Assembly (NCBI GenBank): GCA_965248265.1
Contig: CBDFJF010000001.1
Location: forward strand, 160,001-224,000
Direction: 5' to 3'
Length of the DNA stretch: 64,000 nucleotides
Source of the DNA: Candidatus Latescibacterota bacterium
GTDB taxonomy: Bacteria; Latescibacterota; UBA2968; UBA8231
This document shows positions 22,114 through 31,977 of the stretch, piece after piece; position 1 is the first letter of the stretch, and every line of letters begins with the position of its first letter. Both the position numbers and the translations under genes were made by a program. Below the pieces are notes generated by a model. The model was not told the DNA's origin. It saw only the letters and a program-made list of their open reading frames with translations, and made no database searches.

Positions 22114-22995
22114 CTAGGACGGATTGGTAGATAGATCCTTAGCAGAGTTCACCTCTCGACGAACTCGAACCGCAGAGCTACCATACTCACCTCCGTCCGG
22201 CAACATGCTGACGCGTAGAGGCAAGGCCACTTGCTCCCACTTTTCATTCTCCACTGCTGAGCCCATAGCGCCGCCCATACCGCCGCCAATAAGGGCACCG
22301 GGGAAACCTACAATTAATGCACCGACAAAAGTAGTTACAACAACGCCAACCGCATCCATGCCATGGTAAACGCCCAAGGAGTGGCCTAACCATGATCCCA
22401 CAGTTCCGCCAATGAGAAGACCAATGAGCGCTCCTTTGCTTGCCGCCGCGTCACGCGAGATCCCACCACGACTGACTTCCAAGTGAGCCAAAATGCTCAG
22501 AGGAATAGCTAAGGTAGTGCCTCGGCTTCTCAGTACGAGCGAGTCAGCTGATATCGACACAACTGTTCCTATAAGCCAATGTTCACCTATGTACATGAAA
22601 CCATCATGCCGAATACCGGGAGAACGCACTTTGATCCGCACCCGGTCCCTAGGCTTAATCGACGGGGCCTCTTGCACCGCAAGATCCGTCCACGAAAGCA
22701 GGACACCCGGCAGAGATACTTCCTTCCATCGTTCACCCAATATTCCACCTCCCTGGCTGACTTCGAATTTGGTTATGGAGTCGAGAGGGATTGCAAAAAA
22801 GGTCCGTTGATCTTCGGCGTTCAGCACGACGAGAGTGTCGGTGTCCAACGATACTACAGAGCCTATGAGTCGGTTGATGGTATAGGAGGGAGCCGAGACA
22901 CGTACCCGTGTCCCACGGTGGACGAGCAGCGTTTCTTGCGCCGCCAGGTCCGTCAGCGGTATCAGCAGGAGAGCAACGAAAAGCAGTCTCTTCAT
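22114..22995 (-). CDS. Secreted/membrane hypothetical protein with an internal tandem domain duplication and glycine-zipper TM
   Basis: Signal peptide MKRLLFVALLL; RVR..IG.VVS..D.LV...AIPL..EVS.GG occurs twice. Confidence 0.7.
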   Translation of the reverse strand: MKRLLFVALLLIPLTDLAAQETLLVHRGTRVRVSAPSYTINRLIGSVVSLDTDTLVVLNAEDQRTFFAIPLDSITKFEVSQGGGILGERWKEVSLPGVLLSWTDLAVQEAPSIKPRDRVRIKVRSPGIRHDGFMYIGEHWLIGTVVSISADSLVLRSRGTTLAIPLSILAHLEVSRGGISRDAAASKGALIGLLIGGTVGSWLGHSLGVYHGMDAVGVVVTTFVGALIVGFPGALIGGGMGGAMGSAVENEKWEQVALPLRVSMLPDGGEYGSSAVRVRREVNSAKDLSTNPS

Positions 22996-23036
22996 GTGGC
23001 TATTCCGGGCAACGAGGGTGGGATCATTGGTGTCAG

Positions 23037-23200
23037 TCATGCCTCCACCGCCACAACCACGCAGGTCATGTCGTCAGCCTGCTCCGCATCACCAGCAACA
23101 CCTTCACCTTATCAACCAGCCGATTGATGACAGCACTCGCCGGGAGTCCACTCTCACGCCGTTCTCAAAGTTTCCTTCGTGCGCTCCGAACCCGATCGCC
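23037..23200 (-). pseudogene. SpoIIE/PP2C phosphatase C-terminal remnant
   Basis: AVINRLVDKVKV/(shift)/AGDAEQADDMTCVVVAVEA*; the last 33 nt recur at 30931-30963. Confidence 0.6.
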
Positions 23201-23217
23201 AATCAGCACACCGCTCC

Positions 23218-26200
23218 TCATCTCGCCGCCAGCTTTAGTTGTGACTCCTCCAGCCTCTGAACGGCAGCGGTTAGCGCGTCCAACTGCGTTCGCAACTCAA
23301 TGTCCCTCTGCTCCAATTGTTCGTTGCGGGCGGTGAGTCGCGCTATATCCTGCTCCAGTGATACATTGCGCGCCATCAACTCCCTCGTCTGTGAGTCGAG
23401 TTCCTGCACGGCGGCAACCAACACCGGACGCACGCTATGTGTATCCACTTGCAGGTACCCGGTGCCGTCGTCCTGCACGCTTTCAGGAAATACCTCCTGA
23501 AATTCCTGGGCAATAAAGTTGTAATAGATGCGGTTGCCAACCGATGGATGCTCCCGCTGGTAATCCTCGTTATAGCGGAATCTGACCGGCCTCAACTGAC
23601 GAATCGTCTCCATGCCCTTCTCAACTTCCTCGATGTCCATCTTCAGACGCCGGTCGGAGTTGGCAAGCCAGTCACCGGCTGCGGTTTTGGAGGCATTACC
23701 CTCGACCTCGAACGGATTGGCCGTCGGTGCTCGGCCAACGCCGACCTCTCCACTGTTGGCAATTGTCATCCTGGTTGAGGGTGCGGTATTGACAGCGCCT
23801 GTCTGGAACGCAATCGTGCCGCCGAGAGCCAACGCAATGGCCGTCGTCCCGGCGCCTACATTGGAAATCACATCGGCACCAGCATCGTCCAATTCATAGT
23901 TGGTTGATAGGACCATCGCGTTCGTATACGGGCCATTCTGGTTTCGCCAGATGTAGCCAAAGAAGTTACCCAGGGCCATTCTGAATCCGTGTGTTGTATT
24001 CGTCGGTCCCGCTATGTAAACGTCCCCTTCGTCTATCTGAAGCTTGTAAGTCGGGCTTGTCGTGTTGATGCCGACATTGCCTCCGAGGAACAGTCCGGCG
24101 TAGCCGGTACCACCGTCCAGTACGCGGCCGTAAACTGCCACACCAGGTTTAGTGTAGCCTGCAACTCCAAACCAGTTGTCATCGAAGCCCCCGAGTGCAC
24201 CGTATGTGTAGGCGTTTGAACCCGCATCCGCTTCCGCGTTTGTCGTCAAGCCGGTCACTGATGCGTGTTGAAGTGTGTGTGGTGCGGTCGCCGCCAGACT
24301 ACTCCCAGAGTTGTCCAGGACACCGATCGCTGATCGAGTCTTCAGATTCGTGCCAGTAAAGGACCCGCCGATCACGTGTAACCTGCTCTCCGGCGCTGTC
24401 GTGCCGATGCCGACGTTGCCGTCACCTTGGATATGAACCGCGTCAACCGCCGTCCCTCCGGTCTTGGTCCTGAACCTGATGTCGCCGTCCGCGTTGTTGT
24501 AGAGGTTGTCGAAATACGTGTGCCCCGTGTTGTAGTCATGCCACATCTGCAAGCCTGTTGTCGCGCCGTCGTCTCTCGTCAGGAACAATCCCACGTCACC
24601 AGCACCAACCGACCGCATATCCAGCACCCTCGCATTGCCGGAATCAGAATTGAAAGCGGCCGGCAAATTGCCAGCCGGAACCGTCGTGTTGATGCCGACA
24701 TTGCCCGTAGCCGTAATGCGCATCTTCTCCACAGCCGTGGCGCTGTTCGACGTGAAGAATCGCATGGACGTGCCGCCAGCTGTTGAATTCGATGCAATAT
24801 CGAGTATCCCGGTACCTGTGTTGTAGTTGATGACGCCAATGTTTGACGTGGTGAGATCCGTAGCCGCGGAATTTGTGATACGCATCTGACCACTGTTGAT
24901 GTGCAACGCGTCTCCCGGGCTCGTTGTGCCGATGCCGACGTTGTTGTTGTCATCAATCGTCATGGCTGGTGAGGCCAGTGACGTGGTACCCGTAAGTCGC
25001 AGTTTTCCGTCCCCATCGTGGATGCCCAAACCTGCCCAGTTCGCGGTGCCGTCGTGGTCCGAATCGAACCACAGCTCGCTGTCATTCCCGGCACCCGCGC
25101 CATTGTTCGTCAGAAATACAGCATTCACACCGCTGGCCTTGTGCAGGTGGAGTAGTACATTCGGATTTAATGTCCCAATCCCCACATTGCCGTTTGTCAG
25201 CAAACCCATCCCGGCAGTGCCACCTGGCGAGATTTGCAGATGTTCGGTGGCAGATGTCGAAAGAATGCCAAACCCGCCCGCCGATTCGAGCCGTATGTGT
25301 TGTGCGGGAGTTCCCGTAAGTGATGAGCGTATCGCACCTTCAACTTCGAGCAAATCGTTGGGGCTGCTTGTACCGATGCCGACGTTGCCGTTCACGGTGA
25401 GTCCGCCAGCCCCAGCGATGTCTACCGCTCCATTGTCCGCCGTAATCGTACGCCCAGCGCCGGCACCACCCTCGTCGTAGGCCCCGTCGAGGGTGTTCTG
25501 GGTGTCGGTATCAGTATCCGTGTCCGTAGCGTTGAAGGTCAGGGTGTTGCCCGAAGGTGCGATGGCCATGTTGGTACCGGCAGCCAGGGTCACGGCATCC
25601 GTAAGGCTGTTCACCGTCTTGACCACGGCCCCTGCAGCCACATCACCGGCCACTATGGTAGCATCGGCAATCTCAGCCGAGGTGATCGCACTGGCGGCGA
25701 TCTTGGCGGTCGTGACAGCGCCCGCGGCCAGTTCCGTGGTGCCGACCCCGCCTGCAGCGATATCGAGGGTTACATCACCGGTAGTGCCGCCATTGGCAAG
25801 GCCCGTACCCGCCGTTACCCCGGTAATATCACCGCCAGCAGTGGCATCGATGGTAAGCGTGTTACCGGTCGGGGTGATGGCAATGTTAGATCCCGCCGCC
25901 AGAGTGACGGCGTCTTCCAGGCTGTTGACGCTGGTGACTACCTGACCGGCGGCGATGTCGGCAGCCACTATGGTTCCATCACCAATCTTCGCCGAAGTGA
26001 CGGCGTCAGCGGCCAGTTCCGCACTGTCCACAGCACCAGCCGCGATTTCATCAGCGTCCACTGAATCAGTCGCCAGGTCGGCTGCCGAAATGGTGCCATC
26101 GGCGATCTTGGCACTCGTTACGGCATCGGTACCCAGATCAGCCTCCGCGATCGCGCTGTCGATGATCTTCGCACTCGTGATCGAGTTATCCGCGATGTCG

Positions 26201-27174
26201 CCAGTACCCACTTCATTACCACCGGTGGTCGAAATCGTGATGTTCTGTCCGACTCGCTCAATGTCGATGTTGGCACCTTCGACCAGGGTTACATCATCAG
26301 TGGCCTGGTTCAGGCTTGACACAGCGGCCCCAGCGGCCACCTTGGAGGCCGTTACCGCAGCGTCCTGAATTTTGGCCGTCGTCACGGCATCAGCGGCAAT
26401 CTGCGTGGCCGTTACAGCATCGTCGGCCAGATCCACGGTTGCGATCGTGCCATCGGCCAGTTTGGCCGAAGTCACCGCGCCATCAGCCAATTCGCCTCCA
26501 GAGGCCGTGATCGTCACCGTATTACCGGTAGTGGCCACGGTGACATTGTTGCCGCCCGCAATGGTGACGCCGTTGGCAACGGTATTGACGCTCGTCACCA
26601 CCGCTCCAGAAGCGATGTCTGCGGAGCTTATGCTGCCATCGGCGATCTTGGCTGCGGTCACGGCATCGTCGGCCAGCTCTTCATCGGTGATCGCAGCATC
26701 TGCAATCTTGTCGCTGGTCACTGAGCCTTCCGCAAGCTGCTGCATACCCACGGCGCTCGCAGCGATCTTATCCGCAGTCACCGCACCGTCTTCAACATCC
26801 TTGGCGTAGAGGCTGTAGGGAGCCGCTACCAGCGCAATGCGGGGCGACAACTCATCGCCTGCGCCGATGGAAATGCCCAGGTAATAGGGCCGGTCAAAGG
26901 GCACTGCATCCAAGGACTCGCTCTCGCCCAGTACCACGCTGAAGAGCCCCTTGGCCGTCGTAACCGTCCGCGTCGACTCCCACGCCGCAGTACCCCCGGC
27001 AGCCTGCTCGTACAGGCGGAAGGTGATCTCATGGTCGCCATCTACGACCACATCGCCCGCGGCATCGCTCAGGTAGCCCATGTAGGAAATGGTCTTGGGC
27101 ACGGCCTCCTGGGCATGGACGGTCGATAGCGAAATTGCCAGGTAAAACGCGGTGGCAAGTAGGCGTTTCATCAC
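23218..27174 (-). CDS. Secreted trimeric fibre/adhesin with C-terminal peptidase S74 intramolecular chaperone
   Basis: Signal peptide, AVTxAKIAD repeats, GNVGIGT-delimited modules, SDRRLK...FIAQE S74 motif, coiled-coil tail. Confidence 0.88.
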   Translation of the reverse strand: MMKRLLATAFYLAISLSTVHAQEAVPKTISYMGYLSDAAGDVVVDGDHEITFRLYEQAAGGTAAWESTRTVTTAKGLFSVVLGESESLDAVPFDRPYYLGISIGAGDELSPRIALVAAPYSLYAKDVEDGAVTADKIAASAVGMQQLAEGSVTSDKIADAAITDEELADDAVTAAKIADGSISSADIASGAVVTSVNTVANGVTIAGGNNVTVATTGNTVTITASGGELADGAVTSAKLADGTIATVDLADDAVTATQIAADAVTTAKIQDAAVTASKVAAGAAVSSLNQATDDVTLVEGANIDIERVGQNITISTTGGNEVGTGDIADNSITSAKIIDSAIAEADLGTDAVTSAKIADGTISAADLATDSVDADEIAAGAVDSAELAADAVTSAKIGDGTIVAADIAAGQVVTSVNSLEDAVTLAAGSNIAITPTGNTLTIDATAGGDITGVTAGTGLANGGTTGDVTLDIAAGGVGTTELAAGAVTTAKIAASAITSAEIADATIVAGDVAAGAVVKTVNSLTDAVTLAAGTNMAIAPSGNTLTFNATDTDTDTDTQNTLDGAYDEGGAGAGRTITADNGAVDIAGAGGLTVNGNVGIGTSSPNDLLEVEGAIRSSLTGTPAQHIRLESAGGFGILSTSATEHLQISPGGTAGMGLLTNGNVGIGTLNPNVLLHLHKASGVNAVFLTNNGAGAGNDSELWFDSDHDGTANWAGLGIHDGDGKLRLTGTTSLASPAMTIDDNNNVGIGTTSPGDALHINSGQMRITNSAATDLTTSNIGVINYNTGTGILDIASNSTAGGTSMRFFTSNSATAVEKMRITATGNVGINTTVPAGNLPAAFNSDSGNARVLDMRSVGAGDVGLFLTRDDGATTGLQMWHDYNTGHTYFDNLYNNADGDIRFRTKTGGTAVDAVHIQGDGNVGIGTTAPESRLHVIGGSFTGTNLKTRSAIGVLDNSGSSLAATAPHTLQHASVTGLTTNAEADAGSNAYTYGALGGFDDNWFGVAGYTKPGVAVYGRVLDGGTGYAGLFLGGNVGINTTSPTYKLQIDEGDVYIAGPTNTTHGFRMALGNFFGYIWRNQNGPYTNAMVLSTNYELDDAGADVISNVGAGTTAIALALGGTIAFQTGAVNTAPSTRMTIANSGEVGVGRAPTANPFEVEGNASKTAAGDWLANSDRRLKMDIEEVEKGMETIRQLRPVRFRYNEDYQREHPSVGNRIYYNFIAQEFQEVFPESVQDDGTGYLQVDTHSVRPVLVAAVQELDSQTRELMARNVSLEQDIARLTARNEQLEQRDIELRTQLDALTAAVQRLEESQLKLAAR

Positions 27175-27259
27175 AACAGCTCCTGAGTGAGATTTCGTAT
27201 TGCGAGTATTACCAGCTTATGCCAGTGACCACACCACCAGGTTGTATAGTGGCGGGGTG

Positions 27260-27288
27260 ATGGTACGGAGATTCTCAGGGTGGACCAA
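27260..27288 (-). promoter_or_regulatory. Conserved inward sigma70-type promoter (element C)
   Basis: TTGGTC-17 nt-TACCAT. Confidence 0.6.
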
Positions 27289-27299
27289 GCGGGGGACAG

Positions 27300-27428
27300 C
27301 CCCTTACGCTCATACGCCATCCCCAGGGCCATCAGCGTCACAGCCGAGCGCTGCATCTCGCGTGCACCCTGCAGACAGGCAATGGCGAAGTCGATCTGAC
27401 CGTTCAAAGCCCGTGGAGACGAAATCAA
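27300..27428 (-). pseudogene. TPR-like fragment abutting the promoter block
   Basis: GQIDFAIACLQGA...AVTLMALGMAYERKG. Confidence 0.35.
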
Positions 27429-27631
27429 CCATCGACGTTGATTGGGCGAATATGTTCCTTAGAGGTCTGTCTGTCCGTTACGCTTGATGCAGCTGCAAGG
27501 ACTCCCTTGAGTAGGGGATAAGACGATGATTTGTGGAAAGTTACGATCACATCTTAAGACGTCGACCGCACGGAAATCTTTCCAACGCTTCGAAGTTTCA
27601 AATGATCGCTTGCCACGACGGAGCACCGTCG

Positions 27632-27805
27632 TCAGTCTCTGTGGGCTTGGCTTGTTATCGAACGAAGGGGATGGCCGATCTGTACCGGCCGGTGGACGAA
27701 GCGCGAGATATTCTCCAGTCCGTCGATCAAATAGTCGTCGAACAGCTGGCGTTCGTTGCCAATGTCCAGGACTACCGGCCGGCGGGGTACTGTGGGTTCG
27801 GCCAT
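27632..27805 (-). pseudogene. N-terminal fragment of a beta-propeller glycoside hydrolase-like protein
   Basis: AGGAG RBS; MAEPTVPRRPVVLDIGNERQLFDDYLIDGLENISRFVHRP, then an early stop. Confidence 0.5.
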
Positions 27806-27811
27806 TGTTGG

Positions 27812-29443
27812 CTACTCCTTCGCACGAACCCGCAGCTGCGCTGCGTCAAGCACGACCTCAGACGAAGCGGACTCGCCGCGGTTCTGCACCGCCACGTCCA
27901 GCTGATTCTCACCGCGACGGATCTGTCTGGCATCGAGCTTGCCCTGCAGCCACTGACCTTCCTTGGGTTTTCGGTCCGGATCGGCCGGTTCCAGCCCCTC
28001 GACAGCGGCGCCGTTGAGTTTCACCGAGAAGTCGTCACCGGGAGCCCAATCCCACAGATGCAGGCTGAAATCGATGCTGCGCGCACCGGCAGATCCGACC
28101 TCCTCGCCCACCTGAAAACCCGCGGACACGGGGAGGGTAATCTCCGGGACTTCGGTGAAGCTATTGGGGCCTACAAAACACTCGATTCCGTAGAGCCTGT
28201 CTTTTCCCGCAATAGTTGCCGGTTCGCCGATCTCGCCCCACCATTCCGGCTCGCCGAACGCGGGATTGAAGAGGTAGAGCCCATCGGCGCCGGAATTGAA
28301 CAGATTCGAGGCGGCTCCCCGCCACGCGGCCATTGTGCCCTCCCAGCTGTTGAACACGAGAATAAACGACGGTCTGCCGACGCGCTCGGGCTGAGCTCCG
28401 CAGAGGGTCTCTACCCACGACCCGAACTGTCTGTATTTGCCATCGGTAAGTCCGAGAAAGGCCCAGCGACCCCAGAAGCCCCAGGACACGCAGGGATAGA
28501 CCGGAACCTCGTACTTGTGTCCCAGTGCGATCATATCGTTGTAGGAACTGCAAAACACCGATTCCAAGTTGCCGCCGGGCATGAGCAGATCGATCAATCC
28601 CTCCGCCAGCCACGTTTCCAGGTCGACCCCCACGTGTATCGAATCGGCAAGGCTGAACGGCGTATGCGCCGCCAGCAGCAGTGGGCGGCCGCGGCGGTTG
28701 GCCTGCTCGTCGGCCATGTCCCGGATGCGCCGCAAGAAATCGTTCATCAACTCCAGATGCTCCGGTTCGACGGGATTGCCCTCCAGTGACTCACGGAAGA
28801 AGGGCCAGTACTTGAAGAACTCCATGCCGATACAGTCCACGTCGTAGTTCTGCGCCACCTCCTGAATGATGCCGAAGATGTGCTCGCGCACCTCCGGAAT
28901 GGCGAAATCCATTTTCGTCCAGTAACAACGCGGGTGACCCCTCGGGTATTTCTCCCAATCGCCCTCCGTGCCCATCATGTATTGCGGATGGTCTCGCTTG
29001 AACTTGGCCAGACCGTAGGTCCATCGACGCGAACCCATGGGGAAGGAATCATGGGGATCGTTCATGCGCAGGCACCAAGCTGCTTCCAGGCCATGCTCGT
29101 GGCTGAAATCCAGCTGTACCTGCAAGCTGTCGCGCCCGTATTTCTCCACCAGCTCCAGCGGGATCCCCTTGCCGTAGAATCCGCCCAACTTCGTATGGTG
29201 TGAAAAGGTGAGGCCCGCCATGCAGCTGGCGAACCAGTTGCTGTCCACCTGGGTGCCGATCAGAGGCGTGCTGCGGGCATCGAGAAAATCTTGTACCAGA
29301 TCTCCGGTGGCGCGTACCGTCTGGGCTCCGGCGACGTCATACTCATGTTCCACTCCGGAGCGTGCTTCGATTACATCGTCGCCGTCGTTGTTGTAAATGA
29401 TCCGGCGTTGCCGCCAGCGCGCCTTCATCCGGTCTGCATTCAC
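27812..29443 (-). CDS. Family 10 glycoside hydrolase-like protein, paralogue of 13577-15211
   Basis: Shared blocks RRIIYNNDG, TFSHHTKLGGFYG, NSWEGTMAAWR. Confidence 0.78.
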   Translation of the reverse strand: MNADRMKARWRQRRIIYNNDGDDVIEARSGVEHEYDVAGAQTVRATGDLVQDFLDARSTPLIGTQVDSNWFASCMAGLTFSHHTKLGGFYGKGIPLELVEKYGRDSLQVQLDFSHEHGLEAAWCLRMNDPHDSFPMGSRRWTYGLAKFKRDHPQYMMGTEGDWEKYPRGHPRCYWTKMDFAIPEVREHIFGIIQEVAQNYDVDCIGMEFFKYWPFFRESLEGNPVEPEHLELMNDFLRRIRDMADEQANRRGRPLLLAAHTPFSLADSIHVGVDLETWLAEGLIDLLMPGGNLESVFCSSYNDMIALGHKYEVPVYPCVSWGFWGRWAFLGLTDGKYRQFGSWVETLCGAQPERVGRPSFILVFNSWEGTMAAWRGAASNLFNSGADGLYLFNPAFGEPEWWGEIGEPATIAGKDRLYGIECFVGPNSFTEVPEITLPVSAGFQVGEEVGSAGARSIDFSLHLWDWAPGDDFSVKLNGAAVEGLEPADPDRKPKEGQWLQGKLDARQIRRGENQLDVAVQNRGESASSEVVLDAAQLRVRAKE

Positions 29444-29465
29444 GTCTCAATCTCCTCGCTCTCGG

Positions 29466-29624
29466 TTAATTGGATCCGGTAGTACTCGCCGGTTGGAAAA
29501 GTTCATGCTGATGCCGTCCGGATCTTCCATATACACGCCCCAGGCCCCCTTGTTCACACCCGCAGTGATGTGGACGGGCGACGAGCGAAATTTCACGCCC
29601 GTGGCGCGCACCGACGACTTTCAT
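29466..29624 (-). pseudogene. VOC/glyoxalase family gene with internal deletion and frameshift
   Basis: Strong RBS + MKVVGA joined out of frame to GVKFRSSPVHITAGVNKGAWGVYMEDPDG, then ELFQP. Confidence 0.6.
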
Positions 29625-29635
29625 ATTCCTCCTCT

Positions 29636-29892
29636 TCAGAAAAGCTGATACGCTCCCCAGCCGCCGTCCACCCACAGCACTTCCCCCACGATGTAGGAAG
29701 CTTCGTCGCTGGCCAGATAGAGCACGGCTTCGGCAATCTCCTGCGGCGTGCCCAACCGCCGCATGGGGGTACGACGCTCGTACATCTCCTGCGAGGCGGT
29801 GCCTTCGGCCAGGCCTTTCTCGACCATCTCGGTCAACACCACGCCCGGCGCCAGCCCCACTACCCGCACACCGCGATCGGCCCACTCGATGC
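29636..29892 (-). pseudogene. SDR oxidoreductase C-terminal fragment
   Basis: EWADRGVRVVGLAPG...TPMRRLGTPQEIAEAVLYLASDEASYIVGEVLWVDGG. Confidence 0.8.
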
Positions 29893-29894
29893 AC

Positions 29895-30587
29895 CCGACT
29901 ACCGATGCTCAGTGGGATGAGGGAACGGTCGAGAAGCTGCAGAAGTGGGCAGCCGACAAGGAGGCAGTGCGTGCCGTACTTCTCACCGGCAACAGGGCAG
30001 GACCGCCAGGATCATACGATGCGTTGTCGGATTTCGATGTCGTTCTGGTCGTTCGAGATGTCCATCCTTTCCATGTGGACCGAATCTGGATAGGCGACTT
30101 TGGCGTCGTTCTGGTGACCTACTGGGACGCACTCTATGCGGACCAGGAGACTGGACTTGAGATCTTTGCCAACGTCGTGCAGTACGAAAGTGGATTGCGG
30201 ATCGACTTCACGCTTTGGCCTGTCGAAAAGGCGCGCCGGGTTGGCCAGACCTCGGAGCTCCCTGCTGGCCTTGACGTTGGTTATTCGGTGCTCGTTGACA
30301 AGGACAATCTTACGACGGGCTTCAGGGCCCCAAGCTTCATGGCGTTTGCCTCAGCAAAACCGAGCGCAGTGGAGTTTTCGCGGTTCGTTGAAGAGTTCTA
30401 TAGCGATGCGCCGGCTGTCGCCAAGTTTCTGATGCGCGGCGACTTGATGCCGGCCAAGTGGGTCCTTGACCAAGACATGAAGCAGGTCTATCTGAGGCGG
30501 CTTCTGCAATGGCAGATTGCCCTGGACACTGACTGGAACGCGCAGTTCCGATCGCTTGGGAATGATCTACAGCGACGGGTATGTTGA
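29895..30587 (+). pseudogene. Aminoglycoside 6-adenylyltransferase (ANT(6)/AadK-like) family protein, truncated
   Basis: VRAVLLTGNRA..DALSDFDV, RIDFTLWP, GYSVLVDKD, KPS..EF..EF; no start codon and no final helices. Confidence 0.7.
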
Positions 30588-30819
30588 CACGAATGGCCCC
30601 GAAGTACGCACCTCTTGCCGCCCCACCGATTCCGAGTCGTCCCTTGTAAGTGGCGGCATCCGTCTCAGAAACGATTTCCGCAGCGACTCCTAGTCCCAGC
30701 AGATCCTCGAGCAGTCGCTCACCTATCCTGTCCTTTATGGCTTCCATCTAATCCGATCTATGGACTATCTATAATGTGCCTTATCTTTCCCACCCTATCA
30801 CCCTGTCTAGACCTCGATA

Positions 30820-30930
30820 CTGACACACTGACAGAGTCCGACACAGTATCGGGAAAGGTTTTCATAGAGGGGTGAGATCCAGTATGGAGAGACTACCCGG
30901 AAGCTGGGTCTGGGTACGTCAGTGTGTCAG
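30820..30930. repeat. Block R3: long imperfect palindrome of CTGACACA/CCGACACA iterons (element B)
   Basis: CTGACACACTGACAGAGTCCGACACAG ... GGGTACGTCAGTGTGTCAG; arms match 39149-39258. Confidence 0.85.
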
Positions 30931-30976
30931 TCATGCCTCCACGGCCACAACCACGCAGGTCATCTCCGGCAATGCA

Positions 30977-31525
30977 TCACGAGTCGAGTTTCTTGGAGAA
31001 AATTGCACTGGCCTCCTGGCACGTCGCCGCGTCACTGACTGGAATCTCGACCCACTCTCCACTGCTATGTAGGACTTCCAGTCCGCCCTCAGCCTGCCTG
31101 CAAGCGGAGAGATCGGTCCAACTGATGAAGTCGGATCTCTTCTCCTGGGACGGGTCCGTTTTTGTCGTGCGCTCGTCGGCATCCTTTACCTTCGGTAGCA
31201 GAAAGCCAAAAAAGGGGGTGCGAGATTTTGAAATCCCATCCGTTCCCAGTTTGTAGTGGATCGGCCTCGTGAGGAACTGAGAGATCCCGAAAATGATCGC
31301 CAGAACTGCAGCAAAGACACCTCCTATCTGCCTCGTCGTCATGCTCCTGGCGGTGTGTTGCACATCGATAAGGGCGAAGGCAATCAGCAGAAGAGAAAAC
31401 ACAGCGGCGAACACAAGCCATACCATGTATCGCGCCGCAGCTGGCTTCGTGTACTCCCACTCCAGGAATATCTCATCCTCCCACTTCGGGTAGGAGAGCT
31501 TCTTCCAAGTTGGCGATGACCGCAT
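30977..31525 (-). CDS. Hypothetical membrane protein (2 TM + cytoplasmic domain)
   Basis: Two hydrophobic segments; co-oriented with neighbouring cargo. Confidence 0.6.
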   Translation of the reverse strand: MRSSPTWKKLSYPKWEDEIFLEWEYTKPAAARYMVWLVFAAVFSLLLIAFALIDVQHTARSMTTRQIGGVFAAVLAIIFGISQFLTRPIHYKLGTDGISKSRTPFFGFLLPKVKDADERTTKTDPSQEKRSDFISWTDLSACRQAEGGLEVLHSSGEWVEIPVSDAATCQEASAIFSKKLDS

Positions 31526-31704
31526 AACCACGTCCACCTGTTTCGCCAGTCGTACTTCGTCGACCTACCGCTCCGTCAGAGCGCTCTCCGTATTCTCAAA
31601 CACTCCCACATCCTGACTCAGCTCCACAATATCAAACACCTTCCTGAAGTGCTGCTTCAACTTTATGGATTATGGGCATTGTCGTCAGCGAATGATCATG
31701 CTTC

Positions 31705-31842
31705 TTAGCTCTCGGACTTGGCATTGAGCCGCTGGTCAATCGATTCCAGGCCACGTATGACTTCGTTGAAGCCCTTTTTCATCGCAATCAGAATCCCCAA
31801 AAGCACTGTCATAATTGCAGCAAGCAAGATGGTATCGATCAT
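31705..31842 (-). CDS. Small single-TM protein (45 aa)
   Basis: GGAGG RBS; MIDTILLAAIMTVLLGILIAMKKGFNEVIRGLESIDQRL. Confidence 0.55.
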   Translation of the reverse strand: MIDTILLAAIMTVLLGILIAMKKGFNEVIRGLESIDQRLNAKSES

Positions 31843-31977
31843 GATGGGTCCTCCGATGACCAATGGCGGTACGTGATCAGGCTTGTGGGTGACTTCGGCT
31901 GTGAGCTCGCTCATAATTCGACTCCTACGACCACGATCGTCTGATCGTCCTCCTGCGTGTGGTCGTCTCCGAACCCT

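Larger units (their letters stand above)
21513..27300 (-). mobile_element. Element C: degenerate relative of element A (promoter, fibre gene, SpoIIE remnant, R3, R2, R1)
   Basis: Same order of non-coding blocks as 38452-43240 plus a paralogous fibre gene; no att copy found, so boundaries are approximate. Confidence 0.65.
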
